This document shows, piece by piece, positions 17,301 to 26,149 of a stretch of 56,026 bases of DNA. The notes below the pieces were generated by a model. That model saw only the letters and a program-made list of their open reading frames with translations, did no database searches and had not been told where the DNA came from. The position numbers were made by a program, and so were the translations under genes. Position 1 is the first letter of the stretch. Each line of letters starts with the position of its first letter. Source of the DNA: a virus (lineage: Duplodnaviria > Caudoviricetes); the IMG/VR virus record IMGVR_UViG_3300024275_000009, positions 1 through 56,026 of that record; one strand, written 5' to 3'.

Positions 17301-19098
17301 GCACGTCCGTGATAGCCAGCACCGACTTACCGCCGCCAGCCTGCACCGGCAGGATCGCGAAGTTCGGGCTGTCCTTCAGCAGGTTACGCACCTTCGCCTG
17401 GTGCGGCAGGAACTTGATGCCGTCCTTGTTTGCGAGAGGAATCGCCGGGGGCGTCCAGTTGGGGTCGACCTTCTGACTCAGCGCCGCGTGACGCTCGGTT
17501 GCCGAGGTCGCTTCGTGCGTTGCGTACTCGTCCGTGTACTTCGCGACCATGATGATCCACGGATAGTTCGTCGCCACGTAGGCCACCGAGTACTTGTTGT
17601 ACACGGCATCCATGTTCGAGGCGATGCCCTTCTCGACCAGCTTGAGGTAACGGGCGATGGCACGGAACGGCGGGAACTCTGAGTTGGTCGCGATGTCTTT
17701 CAACGCCGGCAGCTCGTTATGCAGCTCCTTGAACGCACGCGCAGCGACTTCGAAGAAGTCAGCCGGGTCCTGCGCATCCGTCAGCTGGTTCTGGAACATG
17801 CGGGCTTCCGGCCACTCAGCCGGCAACTCGATGTCCTTCACCGTCGGCTGGAACGCCGACTTCATGACGCCACCAGCTTCACCCATCAGGGCCCACGCGT
17901 TGATCTGCTTGGCCTCGGAGATGGTAAAGCGATTCAGCAGGTTGACGATGTGCGTCGAGTTGCACGCGCGATAACGCACGAGATCACGCACCTGCATCAT
18001 GCCGGCTGTGTCGGTGAACGCGTACTTGGCATTCAGCCAGTCAACGAACACCGGGATGTTGCGCGGCAGCTTGACCTGTTGCGTGTCATCGCCGAACTCC
18101 ATGGCGCCAGCGGCTTCAGCCATGTCGGTCAGGGCGAACGTGTTGTCACCACGTGAACCGGCCTGGATGTACATGTCCTCGTAGCGCTGCGTCTGATCCA
18201 GCTCACGCGGCAGGTAGAAGGGCTTGCCGTTCGGCGCAATCGAGATGCCGTCCTTGTTGATACGGGCATTCGAGGTGTCACCCAGGCCCTTCGGCACCGT
18301 CTGCGCAATCGCGGAGATCGGGAACGATGCGACCGGCGGCTTCTCCTTGTAACCGAAGCCGTGCGAGATCCACGACAACAGCAACGGATACAGGTCGACC
18401 GTGCGCAGCTCAATCATCGGCGTGGACGTCAGCTGCTGGGCAATGTCGGCGTCGATCTTGAAGTCGAGGAAGATGACCGCTGCGTTGCCTTTGTTCGCAA
18501 CACGCAACTGCATCAGCGTGTGTTCGAGTGCCGCACGGGCTCTCGCATCCAGCGTCTTGACCTTGGCGACGACCTCGCGACCGGGGATGGTCACGTTATG
18601 CAGTGCTTCCATGTTCTCGTTGCCGGTACGATCCAGCAGCTCGATCATCTCGCGTTGCGTGTCTTCGCTCGGATCGGGAATCGGCGGCGCCGACTGGCCG
18701 GGCTTCAGCTTGACGGCTGCGAGCCCCAGCATCCAGTTGCGCAGGAAGGACACCGCGCTGGCCGGGTTTTGGCGCGCGTAGCTGAAGACAGGCACGGAAG
18801 CGATGAAGTACGGAGCAGCCGGATCCATGACCTTCTTGATCGACAGCATGCCCGCACGGACGACGCCGTTTTGCATGACCTGGAAGGCCGTGCGCACACC
18901 ACGGCGCGACGTGCCAAAGTCCTTGTCGTTTGCAATCGACGGGAACAGCACCGAGGCCCACAGGCGGGTGATGAAGACCGGCTCGAGTCCTGTGTAACCT
19001 TTGTTGTAGACGAAAAGAAAGCGGTCTTTCAACTGCTTCGGGTCCATCTTCAGATGCTCAGGCACCTTCAGATTGGATGTTGGACGAAGTTCAGCCAT
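14335..19098 (-). CDS. large SNF2-family (SF2) ATPase/helicase
   Basis: LPHQ Q-motif, QAGGGKS Walker A, MDESQ Walker B, ASGT motif III, EEGLNFQ...WNPGQLEQGNSRINR motifs V-VI. Confidence 0.85.
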   Translation of the reverse strand: MAELRPTSNLKVPEHLKMDPKQLKDRFLFVYNKGYTGLEPVFITRLWASVLFPSIANDKDFGTSRRGVRTAFQVMQNGVVRAGMLSIKKVMDPAAPYFIASVPVFSYARQNPASAVSFLRNWMLGLAAVKLKPGQSAPPIPDPSEDTQREMIELLDRTGNENMEALHNVTIPGREVVAKVKTLDARARAALEHTLMQLRVANKGNAAVIFLDFKIDADIAQQLTSTPMIELRTVDLYPLLLSWISHGFGYKEKPPVASFPISAIAQTVPKGLGDTSNARINKDGISIAPNGKPFYLPRELDQTQRYEDMYIQAGSRGDNTFALTDMAEAAGAMEFGDDTQQVKLPRNIPVFVDWLNAKYAFTDTAGMMQVRDLVRYRACNSTHIVNLLNRFTISEAKQINAWALMGEAGGVMKSAFQPTVKDIELPAEWPEARMFQNQLTDAQDPADFFEVAARAFKELHNELPALKDIATNSEFPPFRAIARYLKLVEKGIASNMDAVYNKYSVAYVATNYPWIIMVAKYTDEYATHEATSATERHAALSQKVDPNWTPPAIPLANKDGIKFLPHQAKVRNLLKDSPNFAILPVQAGGGKSVLAITDVLYEIKANRSEPYLIMCPGHLVANYIREIVYFTGGKVNAIAINSFAISQNGWKRLEAMLVNAPRNTIVVCDYDALTYRNEALCYGTTPVAVYPVIEFLRQFQFGYVLMDESQKVKNKSQRTNACMALIVDIPKKRLASGTMAHDGPQDLAMQIAMMDPTIFGTPQEFKQRFGEKISGDRVIEWRHGFAQDINHIIRQHVVVAGAMRKEWAALLPPKDERIIGVSLTEEQMRVYDIIFKETIEQIKEAAKGNEALRKFLEAEEDEKPKGPAGDDDENGNGNGNGNGENGGSETDEEGDELDDKAEDEDGGEAVANALRPYLARIEQYTGAPGSDPLGKTSLKGEDLLSPKVAKCHERIRAHLFGTKVEKDDGTSVQYGPFPGKVLIFTAYEATAEEIFNSAPPDLKKCGLLYKAASKMEDGARFENDDTIKWMVGISTSMEEGLNFQFCSRLIRMEGIWNPGQLEQGNSRINRPELKKPQDERDKIFYDWIIANKTVDVTKLARLISKTIAVGKFENVDNPEFERLENLPLIKMKLKTIQKQNDYFETLMPYNEQYREYRNIRDDEYKRYIADYRATHGHDPKLALVESAPTPPDCALMKHVPYVPGMGIYAEDQEGLIRMDTYLKSPLLQQDFDKAGIEKDPENDPSGNKALLQLMKGRRLHTQFGDGWCRSINTLGMQDVIVDLDGGYSVRCRWSTCYLLLRSVTSPKDIRDGLLKQVGDMPVTAPIDVPADAWRMDRKDVKRQQEEEEKKNVKEKKKRDKQMQQDLSVELSLTVINGFLGVSYLPTNETAAKALQAMGFRPTAPYYFAQMKRPAMLKNQFDLWHEKGFTIDEALRKEGVSNAIYQMYQLMKAGAIAQHKDSVQWATKQKVRNFYRMEQKASNDKKSIKPYPLIQDGVAYIALPMQGQTASKNAIKYKATGVIWKVSPDEMTYFAPTPTQTAHMLDQIVAAGFSVSNLKELKAEFKRLSKMKVRQKKQAEDDSQDGLF

Positions 19099-19171
19099 TT
19101 GGTACCTCGTTCATATTGGCGGCTAGTGTGTGAAATACTGCGTCCTGAAATTGGGTTTGAAGCACAAACAG

Positions 19172-19212
19172 AAAAGGCTCACCAGGCGCTGAGTTGCACT
19201 GGTGAGCCCTTT
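19172..19212 (-). terminator. intrinsic terminator
   Basis: GGCTCACCAG...CTGGTGAGCC stem with T tracts. Confidence 0.7.
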
Positions 19213-19278
19213 TATAACACGTATTTACTCCGCTGTCAATTGACAGCTGCATGGCTGTTGTTTTTACGCAACAGACCG

Positions 19279-19512
19279 TTATTTGACCGCGGGGGTCGTC
19301 GTGCTGGCAGTATTTGCCGGTGTTGCAGCCGTCACCGAGGACACTGCATTTTCGAGCGTTGCGATACCCGAATTGACTTCCTGCACCAGTGCCTCCAGCG
19401 CGGTCGGGTTTTTCTTCAGCAGGTAGCGGTAGCCATAGGCACCGATAGCGATGCCAATAGCCAGCGTCGGTGCATGCACGGCCACCTGCCAACCAATCGA
19501 GAACCAATCCAT
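19279..19512 (-). CDS. small membrane protein
   Basis: GAGGGG RBS; one hydrophobic helix (TLAIGIAIGAYGY). Confidence 0.6.
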   Translation of the reverse strand: MDWFSIGWQVAVHAPTLAIGIAIGAYGYRYLLKKNPTALEALVQEVNSGIATLENAVSSVTAATPANTASTTTPAVK

Positions 19513-19525
19513 AACTAACCCCTCT

Positions 19526-20230
19526 TTAAATCAAACGATATTGCAAGCCGAGCGGACGAACCTCTCGGAGGATAGGCATCCACATGGTGTCGAGAATGAA
19601 TGCCTCCAGCTCCGCTTTTGACGGAGTTCCTTTAGTTGGCATGTCCGGAAACACGTTGCAGTGAATCGTGTAACCGATGTGCCAGCGGTGAGTCATGCGC
19701 ACGCCTTCGTTATAGACGTACATCTCGATGCCCGGGCCCAGCTTCTTGGTGTAGCGGCCGTCTTCCGTGCGCACGATGTTGAATCGCGGGTACGGCATCT
19801 TCATGAGGTACTCAGGGAACGTCGGATCCTTGAGGTACACCCACGCGTAGACGTCGATCACAAAGCCGGTGGCCGTTACTGTGACCTTTTGATGCGAGCG
19901 GCGAATGGTCAGCTCTTTCAAAATCCCGCGGTCAAGAAAACGGTTGATGGTCAACCGCGATGCTCGCAGGAAGTAATAGATCTGATCGTTGCGGGCTACG
20001 TGCGTGGCGTCAAACGGGAAGACGCCCTGTATCTCGCACAAGGTCACGTAGTGCTGAATGGCGTTGGCCCAATCCTCCATGGCCGTTTCGCCAGGAGGGT
20101 ATTCGGTTAAGGCCTGTTGCCAGATCAGCCGGTTGTTGGCGTTGAATGCCTTCGGGAATGTGTCGGGTGCCGGTGACCGTGCCTGTTCAAACACGGAGAC
20201 ACCCAGGTTCGACAGGAACGGGTTCGCCAT
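19526..20230 (-). CDS. hypothetical protein
   Basis: AAGGAG RBS; ~234-aa ORF in operon context. Confidence 0.65.
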   Translation of the reverse strand: MANPFLSNLGVSVFEQARSPAPDTFPKAFNANNRLIWQQALTEYPPGETAMEDWANAIQHYVTLCEIQGVFPFDATHVARNDQIYYFLRASRLTINRFLDRGILKELTIRRSHQKVTVTATGFVIDVYAWVYLKDPTFPEYLMKMPYPRFNIVRTEDGRYTKKLGPGIEMYVYNEGVRMTHRWHIGYTIHCNVFPDMPTKGTPSKAELEAFILDTMWMPILREVRPLGLQYRLI

Positions 20231-20239
20231 TGCCACTCC

Positions 20240-20989
20240 TTACTTGAAGACGTACACTGAACGCGCGCCTTCCATGTCACCGCTGACCTTGCCGTTCTTG
20301 ATGGTGTAGCGTCCTTCGACTGTCACCCGTGCGTTGCGGAAACGCGCCTTGTCACCGGTCTTCATCGAACCCGCAGCACCCGTGCCGTAGCTCCAGGCAA
20401 AGATGAACTTCGGTTCCGAAGGACCGGGTACCACCAGCTTCAAGGCGTACACCGTACCGCCTTGCATGGCATCTTCCTGTGCCAGCTGAGCCAGCGTGTA
20501 CTTCGACTTCGACAGGTGCGAAGCTTTCGTCATGGCCAGGTCGCCGTGATCCTTAGCAGCCTGGACAGCCGTTGCCCGCAGACGCGCCAGCGCCGCAATC
20601 TTCATGCCGGGTGCGCCGTCCGTGTTCAAAGCGGCCTGGTCGTTCGAGACGTCCACACCGGTGTCTTCAGGGCCAACGCCGTCGGTGAACAGTACGTCCT
20701 GATTGGTGTCGGCGTCGTCACCGCCGGGCACGCCGTCGTTCAGCATCAGGTCGTCGGGGCTGGTGGTGTTCGAGTCGTAGTCGCCGTCGAGCACGTCTTC
20801 AGCTTCGGTGCCGGACGTCAGCATACCCGGGCCTTCCGACTCGGCGTTCATCTTGTAGGAGATAGCTTCGAGCGTCGGCGGGTCCATACCGAGGGAGCGC
20901 GCCAGGTCGTGGAACTGCTCGTCGGACGGCTCGGTGTTGATCTGAAAAAACACTTCGAGCAGTTGTTTAAGGAGCGCTTCGTTTTCCAT
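20240..20989 (-). CDS. acidic hypothetical protein with an internal copy of the tag
   Basis: Start at ATG 20989; internal MKIAALARLRATA begins at 20605. Confidence 0.65.
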   Translation of the reverse strand: MENEALLKQLLEVFFQINTEPSDEQFHDLARSLGMDPPTLEAISYKMNAESEGPGMLTSGTEAEDVLDGDYDSNTTSPDDLMLNDGVPGGDDADTNQDVLFTDGVGPEDTGVDVSNDQAALNTDGAPGMKIAALARLRATAVQAAKDHGDLAMTKASHLSKSKYTLAQLAQEDAMQGGTVYALKLVVPGPSEPKFIFAWSYGTGAAGSMKTGDKARFRNARVTVEGRYTIKNGKVSGDMEGARSVYVFK

Positions 20990-20990
20990 G

Positions 20991-21308
20991 TCACTTCCTG
21001 TTCTGTTTGTAGAGGTGGTTGTGTCGTGCGTCATGACAAGCCGCACAGATGTGGATCAGATTGGTCATCGTGGTGCGACCACCGCGTGACAATGGCACGA
21101 TGTGGTGCACTTCCTTGCCGCGGTTGTTGCAGCGCCGCCCACCGAGGTAAGCCTCACACTGACCTCCTGAACGTTTGACGACCAGCGCGTTGATCTCCCA
21201 CCAGCCGTTCTTTTGCGAGAAGCCGCTGTTGGAGTTGTAGGTGTCGCGGCGTATTGAACGCACACCCGAGATCTTGCGCCTGCCAGTTGTAGCCCGGCGT
21301 TGAAACAT
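20991..21308 (-). CDS. HNH endonuclease
   Basis: C...C...EVHHIVPLSRGG...NL..ICAACH...H signature; GGAGG RBS. Confidence 0.9.
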   Translation of the reverse strand: MFQRRATTGRRKISGVRSIRRDTYNSNSGFSQKNGWWEINALVVKRSGGQCEAYLGGRRCNNRGKEVHHIVPLSRGGRTTMTNLIHICAACHDARHNHLYKQNRK

Positions 21309-21320
21309 CACGGCCTCCAT

Positions 21321-21352
21321 TAAAACGGGTGGGCTTGTTGAGGGCCCACCCG
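21321..21352 (-). terminator. intrinsic terminator
   Basis: CGGGTGGGC...GCCCACCCG stem followed by TTTTA on the - strand. Confidence 0.7.
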
Positions 21353-21360
21353 GTCATACG

Positions 21361-21621
21361 TTAGTCTGGTGCTTCAGTGAAGGTCACATAATACTTCTTA
21401 CCCGCCTTGAAGAACGCTGACGCCTCCGGGTTGCGAATCGACATCTCACAGGACGCCGACGGCGTCCAGTGACCGAAGATCGAATTTTCCGAAGCAAGTT
21501 GCGCTTCCTTCGAACCTTCCCACACCCCGCCCAGACGAATCAAGGCCAGGTGCGGTTGCTCCGGATCAGACTGCGGACGATCTTCGTGCGTGTGACATTG
21601 CATCTTAGCTACGACAGACAT
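21361..21621 (-). CDS. hypothetical protein
   Basis: AGGAG RBS; EN..F..WTPS...FFKAGKKYYVTF looks like a conserved small phage protein. Confidence 0.65.
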   Translation of the reverse strand: MSVVAKMQCHTHEDRPQSDPEQPHLALIRLGGVWEGSKEAQLASENSIFGHWTPSASCEMSIRNPEASAFFKAGKKYYVTFTEAPD

Positions 21622-21710
21622 GGTGTTACTCCTAGATAGGAATTGCGCAATCTAGGGTTTTGTCTTACGCGGGCGGTCGCGCTAAACCGCCCTACTTGCA
21701 CCCGGATGAA

Positions 21711-22196
21711 TTACGACACTACGACCGGAGCTGCGGCGTTCACCTGCGCATGCTTCATGCCGTTGACGTACACGGCCACCTTCGGTGTGAAGGTGCCGGC
21801 GGCTGCGTAGCTGTGGTTGGCCGTCGGCACCGTGGTCGTGGTGTCGGCTGTACCGTCACCCCACGTCCACACATACTTCGTGCCCTTAACCGTGCCCGGT
21901 TCGGTTGCCGTTGCTGTGATTGCCAACGGATGCGCACCCGACAACGGTGCTGCCGCGAGCGTGACCACGTAGGCAACGTCATCCTTGACGTGCTGGGGCA
22001 TCTCGCCGTCGAAGACGAAGCCGTAGTTGCCCTTCGTGCGGTCGATCTTCTTGCCCTGGTTGTATGCCAGGTTCGGAAGATATTTGTTGTTGTACAGATC
22101 CTGGTCAGCCGGCGTCCAGTTGCCACCGGCGGATACCGCCAGACCAGCCGCTTGCATCGCGGTCTTCACCTGCGCGTAAGTAAGAGGGTTTGCCAT
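21711..22196 (-). CDS. PKD/Ig-like domain protein (likely virion surface)
   Basis: YVWTWGDG...HSYAAAGTF PKD signature; ATG 22196 with GAGG RBS. Confidence 0.8.
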   Translation of the reverse strand: MANPLTYAQVKTAMQAAGLAVSAGGNWTPADQDLYNNKYLPNLAYNQGKKIDRTKGNYGFVFDGEMPQHVKDDVAYVVTLAAAPLSGAHPLAITATATEPGTVKGTKYVWTWGDGTADTTTTVPTANHSYAAAGTFTPKVAVYVNGMKHAQVNAAAPVVVS

Positions 22197-22203
22197 GTGA
22201 ACC

Positions 22204-22542
22204 TCATTTGGAGTAGAAGATGCGCAAGTTGTGATTGACACGTTGCAGTATCAACCCCTCCTTGCCTTTCAATGCGAACTGCTCACGGTCGAACACCCCG
22301 TCATTGATTCGCAACGCCCATCCCAACTTGTTGAGCTTGTCAGCGACGTGCTGGGCCTCTCGCACCACGTCTGCAGCATTGCTCTTGTGGAACAGATAGT
22401 GCATGCCGAAGCTGAACACGACTTCCAGCTCCTGCATCGCGACCTGAATTTGGCGAAGGTCGCTGTCCCGCTTAGTGTTGAACTGCGCGGTCACCTCGCC
22501 AGCTTCAGTCGCCAATAGTCGATTGGCTGCATAAAGCTTCAT
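22204..22542 (-). CDS. hypothetical protein with N-terminal tag
   Basis: MKLYAANRLLATEA. Confidence 0.7.
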   Translation of the reverse strand: MKLYAANRLLATEAGEVTAQFNTKRDSDLRQIQVAMQELEVVFSFGMHYLFHKSNAADVVREAQHVADKLNKLGWALRINDGVFDREQFALKGKEGLILQRVNHNLRIFYSK

Positions 22543-22619
22543 TGCTGTTTTTATCCTTCTTGTGCGGTTTCATGGTTACCCCAATCTGTAAGTCTAAATG
22601 TACTGCGTTCAAGATCAAA

Positions 22620-23009
22620 TTATTGCGGCACGTTCGGCCCCGGAGGCGGGGGCATGGCGTCCTTGTTCGGATCCGGCGGCGTTTCGGAACGACCTACCAG
22701 GTACTTGTTAGCGGCCTCTGCGGCAGCCCACGCGAGCATGTATGCCGTGAAGTACCACTCGGTCAGATGCCCGTTCAGCGCCTGATAGACGAAGCCCCAG
22801 GACGAGATCGCCAACGCAACCAGCTGGCCAAACTTGTGCAGCGACGGTTGCTTCGTCTGCTCGTCGGTTATCAGCCAGCGCAGGTCGAACTGGTCGCGGC
22901 GCGCCTGCACCACGTACAGCACAATGAAGCCCAACAGCAATAGCACGCACAGGGCAAATGCCATCGGGTTGTTAATCAGGTCGTAACCAGCCTGTATCCA
23001 TACTTGCAT
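22620..23009 (-). CDS. membrane protein, holin-like
   Basis: Up to three hydrophobic segments in 129 aa; GGGAG RBS. Confidence 0.5.
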   Translation of the reverse strand: MQVWIQAGYDLINNPMAFALCVLLLLGFIVLYVVQARRDQFDLRWLITDEQTKQPSLHKFGQLVALAISSWGFVYQALNGHLTEWYFTAYMLAWAAAEAANKYLVGRSETPPDPNKDAMPPPPGPNVPQ

Positions 23010-23030
23010 AGTGGTCTCCCCGTTACAGCA

Positions 23031-23606
23031 TTACCACAGATCGATGTTGAGGATCGAGTCGTGGACGCTGATCGAGATTTCGTTAGTGCCTTTACGCCAC
23101 ACGTCCATCTTGTGCGACATGGCACCTCTCTTGGTGTACTTGAAGCCGTCGTGCTCAACCTGGTTGATGACCTTCACGGCCTTCTGGTAGGCGTCAGCCG
23201 GCGAATGACACTTGAAGCTGTTGCCACCGGTCGAGATGTCGAAGCCGGCTTCGTCCATCAGCACATCGCCAGCGAACACGCGCCGCTTGCTAGCTTGCAC
23301 CTTCTCGCCCAACGGATACGCATCGTCCAGCGAATACTCCTTGCCGTCGATCATGATGTCCGTGATCTTGTCAGCGCCGTCACCATCGAAGCCGAACTGA
23401 ATGTCGCCTTCTTCCCAACGGCCTTCCGATTCACCTGGCACGTCTTCGATAGTGATGGTACGCGAAGCGCCAGCCGAACCGAGGAACGCCAGAATGCGCA
23501 GCAGCTTCGGTATGAGGAACTGAGCCTCGCCGGTGGCCTTGAACGAGATCTCTGACTCGTCCTGCCAGCTCTTGGCGGTTAAACGTTTGAGTGCGTTAAG
23601 CTTCAT
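23031..23606 (-). CDS. two-domain hypothetical protein with N-terminal tag
   Basis: MKLNALKRLTAKS; TGATG overlap with the upstream stop. Confidence 0.7.
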   Translation of the reverse strand: MKLNALKRLTAKSWQDESEISFKATGEAQFLIPKLLRILAFLGSAGASRTITIEDVPGESEGRWEEGDIQFGFDGDGADKITDIMIDGKEYSLDDAYPLGEKVQASKRRVFAGDVLMDEAGFDISTGGNSFKCHSPADAYQKAVKVINQVEHDGFKYTKRGAMSHKMDVWRKGTNEISISVHDSILNIDLW

Positions 23607-24406
23607 CAGAATCCCCATTTCTTTTTCTTAAACTTCGACATGGGCGGTGGCATCGCACCTCCGCCATCCTCTTCATAGTCGTCGTCATGGTCAGCGTGGA
23701 AGCTGGATGCAGGTCGCCATTTGCACTGGATCGATTCAGACGGGCTAAGAAACAGTGCGACCTCATGTTCGGAGTCGAACTCCGCGATATTGTCATCCAT
23801 CATGTACCACGCGTCCAGGGCCATGGCGTACTTACGCTCGAAGTACTCCGAGTTGTTGAACAAGGCCATCTTCAACGCACTCAGTGACTTGTAGTCAAAC
23901 AGCACGTGCTTGCCGCCCTGTAACTTGTACTCGAGGATTACGTCCTTGGTGTTCGGTTTGGCCGACGTGCGATTCTTGACGAATGGTTTCTTGTTGGTCG
24001 TCCACGAAGTCAGGCTGCGCAATTGCTCGCCGCCGTTGAATGTCAGTAGCTGACCCTTGGCAGGGATGCTGTCCTTAGGCAGCGCGGTTAACCGGTAGAT
24101 CGTGCCTGAGGTAATGGTCGGTATCACATGTCGCAGGTGATTCATGGCTGTGACCATACGCGTCAGTTGCTTGGCATTGCCAATCGCAGCAACTGTAATA
24201 TCGTCGACCATCAGCTTGGTGCGGAACGAGGACAGGAACCACCAACGCAACGCGTAAGGCAGTCCGTCCTCAAAGTAGTTGCGCTGGCTCTTGCCGAGGG
24301 AACTCAGGAATTTATCCAACGCGAGTGCCGGACCTTTAAGCTTGACGTCATAGTCAAGATCAGGCTCTTGCAGGGCCAGCAATCGTTGTGCTGCTTCGAG
24401 CTTCAT
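23606..24406 (-). CDS. putative ADP-ribosyltransferase (R-S-E type) with N-terminal tag
   Basis: MKLEAAQRLLA; IYR...LTSWT...SEHEV in the order of the ART catalytic triad. Confidence 0.55.
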   Translation of the reverse strand: MKLEAAQRLLALQEPDLDYDVKLKGPALALDKFLSSLGKSQRNYFEDGLPYALRWWFLSSFRTKLMVDDITVAAIGNAKQLTRMVTAMNHLRHVIPTITSGTIYRLTALPKDSIPAKGQLLTFNGGEQLRSLTSWTTNKKPFVKNRTSAKPNTKDVILEYKLQGGKHVLFDYKSLSALKMALFNNSEYFERKYAMALDAWYMMDDNIAEFDSEHEVALFLSPSESIQCKWRPASSFHADHDDDYEEDGGGAMPPPMSKFKKKKWGF

Positions 24407-24415
24407 ATCTGTTCC

Positions 24416-25945
24416 TTAACGAATCGCCGGGTAGCCTGGCAGGTAGCGGCCCCACATCGAAGCCGGGGTGATGGTGATACCCACAGCGCCGATTGCACCC
24501 GGAGCCAACGCCGACGGGTCAGCCGAGCCGTCACCCTTCGTCTGGCCTTTGATGATTAAATTCTGCTTCAGCGGCTTCAACTCGGAATCGAGACGCGACT
24601 GAATCTTCGAAGCGCCGTTGTCCAGGTACTGCGTGCGGTCGACGTTCAACGAGATCGATGCACCCTGGAAGTCGAACGCCTTCTCGCCTTCAGCCAGGTA
24701 TTGCGACTCGAGCGCAAACAGTTCGGCGTACAGCAACCAGAACTCGCGGATGATGCCCTTGGCGTTGGTGAAGGTGAACGACGTGAACTGGCCATAGGCA
24801 CCGTTGAAGCTGTCGCCAGCACGACGCAACCAGGTCATGATGGTCGTCTCCGGGAACAGCATATCCGGTGAGCCATACAGCGTGGTGCGGGCCTTGTTGA
24901 TCTTGGCCTTTACGTCATTGATGGCCGACGAGATGGTCGGGTTGATGATGTACAGGTCCGCGCGCTCGCTGAACACCTCACCGGGGTTGGCCGAGCTCCA
25001 CATCTTCCACAGCACCGAGTACGGCACCAGCGTAACCGGCATCGCATCGGTCGGAATCACGCCAGCGTAGTAATAGCCGTTGGCCACGCGGTCCGGCGCA
25101 GCCATCGCCGTCTCCGGCAACAGCACGGTGTTGTCCAGGAAGATCGTGACCGTGACGTTATCGTACAGCTTGTCGGTGACGACTGACAACGTACACGGCG
25201 TGCCTTGAAACTCCACCACCGACTCGGTACCCAAAGGAACCGTATTCAGCCCGACAACACGAATGCTCTCGTAACTGAAGAAGGTGTTCTGTTGCATGTC
25301 AGCCGACAGCGGGTCGAACTGGGCCTGATTCGAAACCGGCAGCTGCAACGTGTAGCGCAACTGATAACGCTGGCCGTCCGCCGTCGGAGGCACCGTGGTC
25401 GGCACTGTCACCACCGCGTGGGCGATCGCCATCTTGCTGATGCCGTTGTCGCGGATCGTGTAGTCGAACGCGTTGCCGCCAGCGTACACCACGCCTTCCT
25501 TGTCGAGCAGTTCCCAGATGACAAAGCCACCGGACGGATCGACCTCGGGCGGGAACGTGAAGATCGCGGTACCGATAGCGCCCCGGCCGGCTTCGACTTC
25601 ATCGACCAGATCCATGTAGGCGTCGGGTGCTGCCGTGGTATACGGCGTGTACGACTGCGGTGATGCCACCACGGCTGCCAGCGTGAAGTTCAATACGCGA
25701 GCTGTGGTCGTTACCACCATCTGTGCACCGTAGGTCACATCAGCGGCGCCCGCAGAGAGCAGTAGCTGCACAATCGGGTTCACTCCCGATTGAACAGCCA
25801 TGGTGAATGCCGGATTGGTGAGCGGCGATACCGTACCAATCGCAATGGATTGAATCGTTTCACCGACGCCGAGCTTCGAGGTAATGTCAGCTTCGACGGC
25901 CGTGTCCTGGCCGTAGAGCGTCGCAAAGACAAACGTGTTCTTCAT
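24416..25945 (-). CDS. virion structural protein (possible neck/adaptor with Ig-like domains)
   Basis: 509 aa; beta-rich N-terminal part and helical C-terminal part; GAGG RBS. Confidence 0.6.
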   Translation of the reverse strand: MKNTFVFATLYGQDTAVEADITSKLGVGETIQSIAIGTVSPLTNPAFTMAVQSGVNPIVQLLLSAGAADVTYGAQMVVTTTARVLNFTLAAVVASPQSYTPYTTAAPDAYMDLVDEVEAGRGAIGTAIFTFPPEVDPSGGFVIWELLDKEGVVYAGGNAFDYTIRDNGISKMAIAHAVVTVPTTVPPTADGQRYQLRYTLQLPVSNQAQFDPLSADMQQNTFFSYESIRVVGLNTVPLGTESVVEFQGTPCTLSVVTDKLYDNVTVTIFLDNTVLLPETAMAAPDRVANGYYYAGVIPTDAMPVTLVPYSVLWKMWSSANPGEVFSERADLYIINPTISSAINDVKAKINKARTTLYGSPDMLFPETTIMTWLRRAGDSFNGAYGQFTSFTFTNAKGIIREFWLLYAELFALESQYLAEGEKAFDFQGASISLNVDRTQYLDNGASKIQSRLDSELKPLKQNLIIKGQTKGDGSADPSALAPGAIGAVGITITPASMWGRYLPGYPAIR

Positions 25946-25948
25946 GGT

Positions 25949-26149
25949 TTACCTCGTAACCAGCAGCCGCTTGACCGCTTCAAGACGTACGCGGCCAATC
26001 AGGCTGTTATTCAGGTTCGGTTGCAGCACCGTGTTGACGCCAGGCGAATCCGTCGGGTTGTGTCCCGGCCGGCCCTCCTCGTCACGGTGTTCGTTGTAAT
26101 CTTCGTGCCACACCGACGTATCAGTAGGGTCGATTACCTGTTTAGGCAT
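25949..26149 (-). CDS. small protein with a C-terminal copy of the tag
   Basis: GGAG RBS; ends RVRLEAVKRLLVTR. Confidence 0.6.
   Translation of the reverse strand: MPKQVIDPTDTSVWHEDYNEHRDEEGRPGHNPTDSPGVNTVLQPNLNNSLIGRVRLEAVKRLLVTR

Noticed and set aside
14473-17682. Very long + strand ORFs (e.g. 1069 aa; also 4767..6809, 9730..11928, 26514..27785, 44837..46045)
   Set aside because: They are antisense shadows of - strand genes, caused by GC-rich codon bias. They have no RBS or motifs and show typical R/V/L/H-rich shadow composition.
19091-19507. 138-aa - strand ORF spanning the intergenic region before SNF2
   Set aside because: It crosses a terminator and overlaps the better-supported 19279..19512 gene.
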